From Neovahlkampfia damariscottae (Eukaryota), in NCBI GenBank assembly GCA_016618085.1, contig JABLTG010000167.1:1-42257 (forward strand): a stretch of 42,257 nt of DNA, read 5' to 3'. The notes below the pieces were generated by a model, which did not search any database, was not told where the DNA came from, and saw nothing but the letters and a program-made list of their open reading frames with translations. Positions 23,498 through 35,068 of the stretch are shown in pieces. A program made the position numbers and the translations under genes. Positions within the stretch are counted from its first letter, which is position 1; each line of letters opens with the position of its first letter.

Positions 23498-24395
23498 ATG
23501 AAGAGAGAAGTGAGACTTGATTTTAATACCAAAAATTATTCAGAAAAATGTAAAAAATATTAATCATCTATTAATTATTATAGTTGCCACTGATCTTTCT
23601 TTATATTTTCATAAATTTGCAAATGAACCAGTATTTTTATTTTTTATATTAATATAAACTAGAGTATTGGTATTTGTAGAGTAACAGATCATATACAAAG
23701 AACAACACCTTTACTTAGAAAGAAATATGTATTCTTTATTATTTAATTTACTATTTTAAAGCATGGATATAAAAATAATAAACAAAATTTGAAAGATATT
23801 AATATTGGTAATATATTTTAAACTTATTATTATTAGATATTGATTATTCTATTGAAACTATTGAGGGATTACATAAAATTCATACATTTCAAAAAATGAC
23901 AAATGATATTGAACAAACTATTAAAAAGTATAAAAAAAAAAGAAATGATTAAATATGAATAGAGTGAAAGAAATTAAAGATATTGATAGAAAAATAAAAG
24001 AAGAATTAGAAATTAAGAAATTAAAAGAAAAGAATAAACAAAAAGAGAAATTAAAACCAGTAACTAAAAAAGTGGATGATTATATTATTGAAAATGAAAA
24101 AGAAGAAGAAATGAAAAAGGAAGAAGAAGTGAAAAATGATAATGAAATATCAAACTCAATAGTAGTAGAAGAAGAGATGAAACAAGAAATAAATGAATCT
24201 AATGAATCTAATAATGAATCTAATAATGAATCTAATAATGAATCTAATAATGAATCTAATAATGAACCTAATAATGAACCTAATAATGAACCTAATAATG
24301 AATCTAATAATGTATCATTAAATAAAGTAGAAAATAAAAATATAAAAGATATTAAAAAAGAACAAGAAGAAATAAAAAAAAGACATTCAACATAA
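23498..24395 (+). CDS. BORCS8: BLOC-1-related complex subunit 8 (MEF2BNB) with low-complexity tail
   Basis: Spliced product reads FANEPSIGICRVTDHIQRTTP..DIDYSIETI..F, matching the ANEPS..H..P..D.Y signature. Introns 23550-23583, 23631-23662, 23729-23761, 23808-23836, 23928-23962. Mostly missed by the ORF track. Confidence 0.72.
24201..24308 (+). repeat. Coding minisatellite, 9 x 12 bp aatgaa(t/c)ctaat (NESN/NEPN)
   Basis: 5x aatgaatctaat, 3x aatgaacctaat, 1x aatgaatctaat. Confidence 0.95.
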
Positions 24396-24403
24396 ATTTT
24401 ATT

Positions 24404-26893
24404 TTAAAAAGAGTATTGAAATTCAATATTCATTTCACCTTTACATTTCTTTTCAATATTTTTCTTCTTCATAGAATACCAAGATGCTTTACCATCATAA
24501 AATTCTTTAAATGAAAATGTTCTAAATCCTAATAATTTATTCTTTTTAATGACTCTCTTTTTCCAAACTTCAATTCTTGTATAACAATGTTTATCAGGTA
24601 TTGGTAAATTTAATGAATAATTCCATTCTGGATCAGTTGATGAAATGACTAATGATTTATGTTTAGATTCTGCATCATGTGAATCAGTATCTTCTTGTGC
24701 TAAATTTTCATAAATTTTAACATAAGTTTCATATTTCTTTTTTAAATTTCTTGCTTTTGAAACATTAATCACAACATATTTTGGTTTAATTAAATAATTT
24801 GAAATATCAAATGGTATTGTATTTTTATTTTCAATAAAATCTAAAACCCAAATTGGTTGATTAAAATCTCTTTTTAAAATAAATGATAATATTTCATTAT
24901 CTTCTGATTTTTTAAATGATTCAGATATTGGTACATTTAAAAAATATATTTCATGAAAGGTATCAGAATCATATATTGAAATAGTTTCATACTTTTTACC
25001 TGAATTCTTTTTTATAATATCATCAAAATGAATGTAAAAAAATAAATATCGAAATGGAAAAGTTGATTGTAAATTATATATTTCAATTTGTTCAACATCA
25101 CCTTCAATAATCTTTAATTCATTAATCCATTTTATATTCTCTCCACTAGTACCACTACTCATACCCATAGATGATATATTTTCATTTTCTTCATCAATAT
25201 TATTCCATTTAAATGATGCTAAATCATATGGTTTTACTCTAATTTTTGTATTCTTTTTAACACCAATAGTTAAATTATTATTTTTAATTTCCATTTTTGA
25301 ATTAATTTTTAATTCATTTGGTTTTCTATTTTTAATTCCAGGTAAAATATCTTTTAATTCATCAATCCAATCTTGAATTTTATCTGATTCAAATATTTTA
25401 TTTTCAATTTTTGAAATATAAAATTTTTTATTTTTATCATTAAAAATAATTTTAAATAAACAAATAAATTGATTTGAAATATTTAATTCATTTGATTCAC
25501 ATTTAATAAATATTTCACCTGATTCTCTATCAATAAATTTTAAGATTGAACCATTTTTTGAATTTGTAAAGTTACCTTTTAAAATACCAAAACAAGATTT
25601 ATAAGATGCAGATAAATTTAAATTAATTAAAGAATCTAAACAAGAATATTCTGAATTATTATATGGTTGACTTATTTTCTTTTTTAAATAACCTAATTCA
25701 TCAAAATATAATAATGATAATTCATGATATTCTTCATTTAATTTTTCTTTAAATCCAATATTTAAATTTAAATGTTTTAATTCAATTTCATCATTTTTTA
25801 ATTCTATTATTTCTTCATTTTCTTCTTTTTTAATAAATTTATTTCTTATAATTGGTAATAAATCAAAATAGGTTTTAATATTTTTATCATTATATGATTG
25901 GTCAATAGTATTAAATATCCAAATATCACTTTCATTATTTAATCTTTCAATTTTACACCAAATAATTGAATTTCCAAAAGTATTTCTTAATTTCATTTTA
26001 CATACTGAATCTTTAAATGAAACATCTTTTACAGTTAATATTGAATCTTTAACTCTTAAATAATTCATATTTTTTGAATAAATAGTAGTTGTAAATATTA
26101 AACTAGATACTTGTCTTGGTAATTTTGGTAAATTTAAATAAATATTATTTCCATCTTTTCTAAAATAATCAGGTGATAAACTACTTTTTCTTTTTTCTTG
26201 AAATAAATATTCAACTTCTCTACCAAATTTATTATATGCAATTACACCTAAATCTATATTAAAATGATTACCAATAATCTTCCAATCAAATGAAAAACAT
26301 AAATCTCTATTTGAAGTAGTTGGTAATGTTGTAGTCATATTTTCACGAAATATAAACTTTTTTAAATGTGCATTCTTTGGTGCTTCAATATTTGATATTT
26401 TTAATGTTTTTTGAACAAAATCTTCAAGTTTTTCAAATTTAAATTTTTCTTTCTTTTTTAAATATTTATATCCTTCTTCATCTTTTTTTAATAATCCAAT
26501 ATAATAATATTCATTTCTATTTATTAATATATAATTAAATAAAGTTTACTCTTCTAATTCAATTTCATACATTTTATTTTTATTTAAATTAATTTCTACT
26601 TTTTGTTTAACTTTGGATTGTATTAAAAATATAAAATAATGAAAAGGTGCCATTATATCTTTAGTTGAAATATATCTTCTTAAAATCCATTCATTTTCAT
26701 CAATTTCATCCCATTCTTCAGTTTGAATAATATCTGTAGTTTGTGTGGTTACATAATCACAAAGAAAATGATTTGATGAATATTCTAATACTGTAGAATT
26801 TAACTTTTCTTTACATGTTAGAAATATTGAAAACTCTTTTCCAAATTCATCATCATAATTTGGTACACTAATACAAGTATCTTCTTGAGTCAT
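24404..26893 (-). CDS. TerD-like domain(s) plus C-terminal C2 domain protein
   Basis: Intron 26517-26549 joins ORFs 26546-26893 and 24404-26338. TerD-like FDW..IDLGVIAYNKFG..IYLNLPKLPRQVSSLIFTTTIY; C2 INVSKARNL..TYVKI..STDPEWN..IEVW..LLG..WYSM. Confidence 0.65.
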
Positions 26894-26966
26894 TCAATAT
26901 TGAATCTTGATTTGTTGAAATTAGTTGACCAATAAAAAAGAATTTATTTTATTTTGTATTTGTATT

Positions 26967-27920
26967 TTAAACCCAAAATACATGAAAAACAATAGCTTCA
27001 AGTTCATCAGGATTCTCTTTTTGATAAATTCTAAGTTTAAATATATATTAAAAAATAAAAAAAAAATAAAAACCTGACACATTCTTTCACCATTTCAAAA
27101 ATATTTCCATTCTTATCTCTATATTATTTAAAATAAAATATTAATTTTACTTAATGACAATTCTTCCTGGAGTGTGAGTTTCTAAACTCAATGTTTCTTT
27201 TGAACCAAATTTTACAACTTCTTTTCTGTCTTTAATTTCACATTCCATTCTATTTAAACAACTTTGAAAAGAATCTTGATCCAAAAGATCATGAAATGTC
27301 ATATCATTGAATTCTTGAGATGAATACCCTAATTTTTTCTAAATACGTTTTAAACTATAAAAAATCATACTCTAATGATTTGATGTTAATATATACATTA
27401 ATTACCTTAAAGAAGGACTACAATATGTAACACGTGGTATATCAGTTGAAATGAATCTATTTTAAATAAAATTAAAATCACATCAAATTATACCTTCCTA
27501 TTTTATAAAACAAACATTTAAAATAAAAAATAAAATACCTGAATTGTAAAATTCACTTCCAATATTCATATCAATAGTAAAGTTGTTGTATTTCTCTTGA
27601 AAAAAAGTTTGGTCTTCAATATCATCACCACTGTGTTTTCTTTTTTTTCCATCCTTGTTTTGTTTATATTCAACAAATACTAATGGCTTTGTTTCTTCAG
27701 TTTTCCTATTATTTAGGTTTAAAAAAATAAAATCAGTTTACTTTTCCTTTTTTTGTACATCAATGCATTCTAATCCAAGTCTTTGACATCGTTCACATGG
27801 TCTTTCAACACCACATCGACTATGTTTTTTCTTACATTCAATACATGCTTTAGATACCCTCTTTCTGTCAGTATTGTCAGTGTTGGGTGTTGTGTCTTCT
27901 ACTGTTTTTGATTCAAACAT
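26967..27920 (-). CDS. Zn(II)2Cys6 binuclear-cluster transcription factor with C-terminal PAS domain
   Basis: ACIECKKKHSRCGVERPCERCQRLGLEC; PAS VTYCSPSLRKKLGYSSQEF..FHDLL..KDKNG. Introns 27706-27741, 27498-27538, 27457-27493, 27372-27405, 27339-27370, 27119-27150, 27031-27073. Confidence 0.82.
27371..27371 (-). other. Single-nucleotide exon (A) in the PAS domain
   Basis: Minus strand AG|GTAATT..CATTAG|A|GTATGA..TTTAG|AAAAAATTAGGG. Skipping it gives AGA AAA AAT TAG (stop). Confidence 0.8.
27494..27497 (-). other. 4-nt micro-exon (GAAG)
   Basis: Minus strand AAATAG|GAAG|GTATAA. Required for the frame SGRFISTDIPRVTYCSPS; skipping reaches TAA within the next exon. Confidence 0.8.
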
Positions 27921-28060
27921 TCTAAAAAATGAACCAATGAAAACTATGGATATTAATGACTGTTTAAGAATAATGTTTTTCTATTAAAAAATTAACTATA
28001 AGATTTTTTTTCAAATTTGAAGTTAAATAAAAGTAGCCAATCAACTGTAAGGAAAATCAC

Positions 28061-28072
28061 TTTGCCGCGAAA
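28061..28072. promoter_or_regulatory. Overlapping double E2F-type site TTTGCCGCGAAA upstream of CENP-C
   Basis: Matches TTTSSCGC on + and TTTCGCGG on -; 6 nt before the ATG; CCAAT at 28037. Confidence 0.55.
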
Positions 28073-28078
28073 AAAAAC

Positions 28079-29739
28079 ATGTCAGAATTGCCGCGAAGAC
28101 TCAAAAATAGAAGAAGAACTGGCACAGGAAGAATAACTACGGATAGAGCACATATAGATACATCAATACAGAGAGGAAAAAGAACAGGTCTTGAAATTGA
28201 TTTTCGTGGTTTGTCTAAAGTTGATGGTTTTCAATTACCTGGAACATTCTTTGACAGTGTAAACATTCCTTCAAAATACAAGATTTCTTCAGACGAAGAG
28301 AGTTCAGATTCTACTAGTCAAGAGGAGGACGAAGGTATTGATATTTTTTTCATCCTTATTTTTTAGAAGAAAGATATTTTGAAAGAGTCCAAGACTTGAA
28401 AAAAATCACAAAAGAAGATGAAATTACACCAAAAAAAGTCAGTAGAAGAATAACAAAAACAACAACACCAAGTGCAACCTTCACAACCGTAAAAGATGAT
28501 TCACTTTTGGAACCTCAAATATCACCAATTTTAAAGGTATCTCCAAAAATGAATATTTCAGCTGAATATATTGATACACCAAAAAAGAAAACCTTTGTTC
28601 AAGATAGTTTTATGAAAGAGGATACAATTGAACCAGATGTAGGTGGATTTAATGAAGAGGTGGTTGATGAAGATGTTCAAATGGAAAGTGTTGGAAGTTC
28701 CATAGGAGGTGGTAGAGAAATGGGATTTCCAAGTGATGAAGATGTAAATGATGAACAAGTTACACCACCATCATCAAAAAAACAATTATATTCTAAATCA
28801 AAAAATGATAATGTTCAATTAAAAAAAATGGAACCACCAAAAAGATCACCAATTTCATCATTATATTCATCACCATCATCCAATTATAGTCAATTAAGTT
28901 ATGATAGTATTGATAATTCTAATCTTAAAACACCAAATAGACATATTGCATTTGATGATATTACACCTGTTAAATATAGAGAATATCCAACATTTTCTGA
29001 ACCATCACCTGAAGTTGATTATTATGATCACGTTTATTCTGAAGAAGAAAAAGAAGATGGATCATTTCATGTTGATGAAATTAGTGAAAATGAAAATGTA
29101 GATGATAGTATAATTCTTGATGAAAGACCATCAAGAATTAATTTAAGAAAAAAAACAATTAAACCTCTTGCATTTTGGGAAGGTGAAAGACCTGATACAA
29201 AAAATGATGAATTGATTGGTAAAAAGAAATATAAAACACCAAGACCAGAAATAAAAACTACAAAAAATAAATTGAATTCAAAAAAAAGAAAAATTGAACT
29301 TGATGATAATTTTGGAAAATATAGAATACTAAAACAACATCCAACCATAGAAGATAAAGTAATTGAAACAACTGAACAAATATTACAAACAAAAGAATCA
29401 TTAACAGAAGAGAGATTTCATTTTACAAAAGAAGATGAACAAGATGATGAAGATGATGAAAATAATGTTGATTTAAAGATTACAGTTGCATTTTCAGATG
29501 AAAAATATAAATCTGGTACCATTGAGATTGAACCAAATTGTATTAAACCAAATCAATACACAAGAGAGTTTAATGAAATATTTTATTGTTTAAGTGGTAC
29601 AGCAGAAGTATCAGTACATAAATCAACATTTAAAGTTAAAAGAGGATCTCATTTTTTGATTCCATCTTTTAATAGTTTTTCAATTAAGAATCTATCAAAG
29701 ACATCAAGTTCAAAATTTTGTTATTTTATGTCAAAATAA
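28079..29739 (+). CDS. CENPC: Centromere protein C / Mif2
   Basis: N-terminal GKRTGL...DGF, CENP-C motif (LRKKTIKPLAFWEGERP), C-terminal cupin (SGTIEIEP..IFYCLSG..VSVH..GSHFLIPSFNSFSIKN). Intron 28335-28366. Confidence 0.86.
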
Positions 29740-29755
29740 AAACACAATATTGTAT

Positions 29756-30365
29756 TTAATTAAAATTTAATAATTTATTTTCAATTTCTTTATTTCTTTC
29801 TTTAAATAATTTATTTTCTAATTTTATTAAATCTAAATTATATTTCATTTCATATGATATTTCTAAATATTCAATTTCTTTTTCATTTAATATTTTAATT
29901 TCTTCTTTTATTGAATCTATTCTTTTTAATATTTCTAAATCATCTTCATCATATCCAAAATTAATATCAGATAATCCACCACCACCACCACTACCACCAC
30001 CACCAATACTACTACTACCACCACCACTATTAGTAGTAGAATTGGTAAAACCAAAACTATTATTTTGATTAAAAGTCATTTTTTGTCCTTTTTCAATAGG
30101 TGTACCAACTCTTGGAAATGAAGATCTATGATGTTGTTGATAATATTGATCATTTTTAAAATATTTTTTACGAGAACTATTTGGAGAGAAATTATCGTCA
30201 TAATTTTTTCGTTTTAAATTTGGAGTATTAAATTTATCATTATCTTCACTATTTGAATATTTTCTATTCTTTTGTTCTTCTTTTGGTATTTCTTTAAAAA
30301 TTGAATTCAAAATTATTTTTCAACTTACCAACATGTAAATGATTGAAGTTTTTTCTGTTGTACAT
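29756..30365 (-). CDS. Uncharacterised protein with Gly-rich linker and C-terminal coiled coil
   Basis: ATG 30365, exon MYNRKNFNHLHV, intron 30292-30328 (GTAAG..AAAG), then in frame with ORF 29756-30310. Confidence 0.62.
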
Positions 30366-30417
30366 TTTGACCAATTATATTATAGTTTGTCTTTTTTTAC
30401 CAACGACAACAACAAGG
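30366..30417. promoter_or_regulatory. 52-nt bidirectional promoter with CCAAT box
   Basis: Divergent ATGs at 30365(-) and 30418(+); GACCAAT, CCAAT at 30371. Confidence 0.55.
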
Positions 30418-33400
30418 ATGGAAGAAAAAGTTAATGAAATATCAGAATATCTTGATGATTTACCACAACAAAAGTTATTTTTAACCATGTTATGTGAACA
30501 TGTTTTATCTTTTTCAATGAATTTATTTCAAATAAAAGAAGAAGAAAAACTTGAATGCATCAAAGAAGAAGTTAATTTAATTTCTAATATAACTGATGAA
30601 ACCTTAAACATTTTAAAAGAAGAAAAAGAAAATTCACATCGAGACCAAAAACAAGGTGAATATTTATTCTTTAAAGAGAGTTCAAATGATATTATTAAAA
30701 TACAAAATTATATAAAACAAATACGTGAAATATCAAATAAATGTGAATTTAATTTAAGAGCGAATCATTATCATAATTTTACTGGTAATTTAAGTATAAA
30801 AGATGTTTGTACAAATTTTGAACAAATCAGTTTAATTGGAAATGAATATTTTATTGGTAGAGATGGTCAATTAGGAAATACAATATCACAATTATCTTCT
30901 TCTAATGCAAAGATTAGACTTTGTTTTATTAATGGTACTTTAGGTTCAGGAAAAACAAATTTTACAAGAAGTAAAAAAAAAACAAATTGATATCATTTAC
31001 TTTTTTTAGATTTGACAAAAGCATTAATAAATGATAATCCACCTGATAGATTATTTTATTTACATTGTAAAGGAAATACTGACTTTCCATTATCCACACA
31101 TGAAGCATATTATCAAATTGTTAAAATGTGTAGAGTTGGTAATATTCCAACAAAAAAAGAAGAATTAAGAAAATCATATCATAAATGTTTTGATGGATTT
31201 AAAGTTATTTTAATAGTTGAAGATGTTAATTCAATAAGGTATTTTTTTAAAATATATTTTTTATAAAATTGAATAGACAAGCATTATCATTATTACCAAA
31301 ATTATATGATAAAAAATCAATGGTTACTATTTTAATGACATCAAGAACATCTTTAAATATTGATAAATTTACAAAGAATTATGTTCATGTCATTTCAAAT
31401 GATGATATTATTGAAAAGAAAAAAGGTGATTCTGATGATGAATTAGAAACTGATTCTGATGTATCAGATGATGATTCTGATGATGATGATGATGAAGAAG
31501 AAGCAGAAGAAGCTATTGAAATTGATGGAGATGCTGAAATTGAAACAAAAAAATTAAAAATGAGAGATATTGAATTAGAAAAAGAATCAAATGAAATATT
31601 TGGTGAATCATCTGGAAAGAAAATAGTTAGTATTGAATATGATACAGATAATGATGATTCAGATAATGAAAATGATATTTCTGATATTTCATATCCAAAA
31701 AGAGTATTTAATATTTATTAATATGTTTATATATTTTATAGTTTCATTTATTATTAATTAATTTAACACAATTAAAAATACAAGATGGATCTAATTTAAT
31801 GACAAGTATAAATCCAAATTTAAAAGATACAGATTGTAGAACTATTTCTGTTTTATGTTCAAATATTCCATTATTTTTAAAGTCATCTGCTAGTATTTTA
31901 AAATATCATACATCAGATTCTGCAAAAGAATATCAATCATTGTAAATAATTTAAATTCATTTTTAAAAAAATATATTTTAAAGAATTACATCATCTTTAG
32001 ATGATTCAAGTAAAACTTATAAAAAGTTTAAAGCAATATGTGTTACTTATTTAATTGATGGAGCATATCATTTTTTAAATTCAAATTTAAAAGAATTTTT
32101 ATTAAAATTAACATTATTTCCAAATAGATTTCATATATTATCTATATGTAATATATTTGAAATGAAATTAAGTGATGTAATGAAATATTTTAATGATTTA
32201 ATTCAATTGGGATTCTTACAAGTATCATCTGATCCATTTATGTATTGTTTACATGATGTATTTTTTAATTATTTTTAAATCTTCTAATTAGATTGTACGT
32301 GAAACATTTCTATCTTTATCAAAAAATGAAAAATTAAAAGAATCATTTTATTCATATTATTTTAAAAAATTAAAAAGATATAATTTAGAACATGAATTTT
32401 CAGGTGTTAAACATATGCCTTTAATTGAATTATATGATATGAATATTGAAAATATTAAATTAGTTTTAGTATGATTTATTTTTATTAATGAATTTAGAAT
32501 TATATGGAACAAGATGAAGAAGAATCTATTGAATATTATAATTCATGTAGATTTTTATTACATGATAGAATACATCCAGAAAAGAGAGGAATGATGTATC
32601 ATAAATTAAAAAATAATGTTGAAGATTTAGAAGATCCAATTGAAAAATCATTATATTTTGAAGGATTCTCTTTAATTTATTTTCAATTAACTGATTATAA
32701 TTCATGTTATATTAATGCAAAGAAATCATTAGAAATAAAAGAAGATATTTTTATATTATCTGAAAAATCAAAAGATGAATTAGAATTATTATCTCCTTTA
32801 AAAATTATTGGTGATGTTTTATTTACTCAAGAATTATATGATAAATCAAGACCATATTATGAAAGAATTATATCTATTTCAACAAAGAATGCATTAGATT
32901 TTCAAAAAATTAAAAATATTGAAAAGAAAGTAATAGATGATGATGATGATGATGATGAACAAGAAGAAAAAGAAGAAAAAGAAGAAATTATAATTTTAGA
33001 TCCATATTTAGCACATGCACAAATTAAAATATCATTAATTTATTTATTAAAAGGTGATTTTAAAAGTGCAAAGAAATATTTTAATCAAGGAATTATTACA
33101 TTAAAAAAGATATATGGTCAAATACATCCACAATTAAGTTCATCTTATAAAGAATATGGAAAGTAATAATTATAAAATTAAATATCATTTAGTTTATTAA
33201 AGAAATTTAAAAAAGTACAAGAATTCTTTATTGAAATTAATAAATTATTTTCTGAAGCAATTCATATTGATGAGTAAATATAAAAAAAATATATTTAAAC
33301 AAATATATAGACAATTATTTGGAGTTTATTCAATTAATGTTGCAGAATTATTAGATGATTGGTGTATTTCATTATTAGCACAAGAGAAATATGAAGATAC

Positions 33401-34613
33401 AGAAGAATATTATAGAAGAGCATTAGATATTCGTAGAAAAGAATTTGGAGATGAAGATTTAAATGTATCAGCATCAATGAATAATTTAGCAGTATCATTA
33501 AAGAATCAAGAGAAATATGAAGAAGCAAGAGAATATTATGATGAATCATTAAAAATATTAATTAAATTACTTGGACCAGATCATCCTCAAGTTTCAATTG
33601 CAAAAGCTAATTTAGCATCATTACTTTCAACAGTTGGTGAAACAGAAAAAGCAAATGAAATTTATGATGATTCATTAAAGAATTTAGAAGATAATGAAAA
33701 GGATCCAAGTACAGTTGCTGCAATGATGAATAATATGGGTGATAATTATAGACAACAAAATGATTATGAAAATGCATTTGAATGTTATGAAAAATCATTA
33801 AATATTAGAAGAAAAATATCAAAAGATCCAAGTAGTGATTTAGAAATTGCAAAAACATTAATGAGGTTTTTAATTTAATTGAATATTAACAATTGTGTTT
33901 AAAGTTTGGGTAAATTATCAAATGATAAAAATCAATTTGATACATCAGTTGAATTATTAACTGAAGCAATGGAAATTATTGCTTTGAATCATGGTAGAAA
34001 ACATCCAGTTTATGCACAAATTGTTCAAGATATTGCATTAACATTATTTAAACAAAAAAAATATGAAGAATCTGAAAAATTATTTCAAGAAGCATTGGAT
34101 ATTTTTATTGAACAAAATGATTCACATCAAAAAATATTAAATACAAGACAAAATTTAGCTGTTGCATTAGATTGTCAAAAGAAATATGAACAATCAGAAC
34201 CATTATTTAAAGAATCAATGAGTGAATTAAAAGCAATGTATCAAGATAAACCATCAAAAGAAGTGAAACAAAAAATTATTGCAATTTTAAATTCATTGTG
34301 TGGAAATCTTGGAAATCAAAAGAAATTTACTGATGCAGAACCTTATTTTAAGGAATTACAATCTTTAACAATTGAAACACAAGGTGAAGAATCAACAGAA
34401 GTTGCGAATGTAACAAGAAATTTAGCTGCATGCTTGTTATATTTGCAAAAACATGATGAAGCACTAGTTGAATTTTCAAAATCTTTAGTCATTTATGAAA
34501 AGAATTTAGGTGATGACCATGATACCACTTTAGATGTTAGAAATAATTTAGAAGATTTAAGAAATTATATTTATCAGAGAGATAAATCAGATTGTTGTTG
34601 CATTGTTTCTTGA
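30418..34613 (+). CDS. STAND NTPase (NB-ARC) with kinesin-light-chain-type TPRs and C-terminal CaaX (NLR-like)
   Basis: Motifs FIGR, P-loop GTLGSGKT, Walker B ILIVEDV, ILMTSR, GLPL-like CSNIPLFL, MHD-like LHDIVRE, TPRs (SMNNLA..YEEA..LGPDHP); ends DCCCIVS. Introns 30971-31009, 31239-31276, 31704-31741, 31942-31983, 32258-32291, 32469-32497, 33163-33192, 33274-33310, 33866-33904. Confidence 0.82.
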
Positions 34614-35068
34614 ATAAAGAGTTAATTTTAGGAGACTGATTTGAACTTTTGGAAGAAATAAACCCTCCATTAGGTTTTGGTTTCGACAGATACCAACTTA
34701 TGAAAATAATTCTGAGTACAAGAGATTTTGATGTCAACTTTTCTTTCTAATTACTCGATGAAAGGGTCATGAAGTTTCGAGTTTGATAGACGAAATGCTC
34801 TTGTCAAAGACTCAATAGCTGAAAAAACAAATTCTTAGGTTTGTCGCAGATCAGTTGGGATTTCATTTATTGTATATTGATTCAACTGACTAAAAGTAGG
34901 TTCACATCTTCAAGAGCTGTGTTTCCAGACATCGTACCAAATTCAATTCAAAAATTATTCTGGAGACTTCAGGAGCCAAGTTACTGAAATTGGATGCAAA
35001 GATTTTCCCTGTGATTGATCTCTCAATGCTTAAAAAGAATCAAAAGCAAAATATCAATTATAAATATT

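Noticed and set aside
24201..24308. Regular repeat as a CRISPR array
   Set aside because: Head-to-tail 12-mers without spacers, in frame in a eukaryotic CDS.
2169..34737. Numerous shadow ORFs (e.g. 2169-2375, 3704-4036, 7235-7534, 12482-13141, 23181-23492, 29067-29348, 33334-33549)
   Set aside because: They are alternate-frame or antisense to well-supported genes, with composition typical of AT-rich codon shadows.
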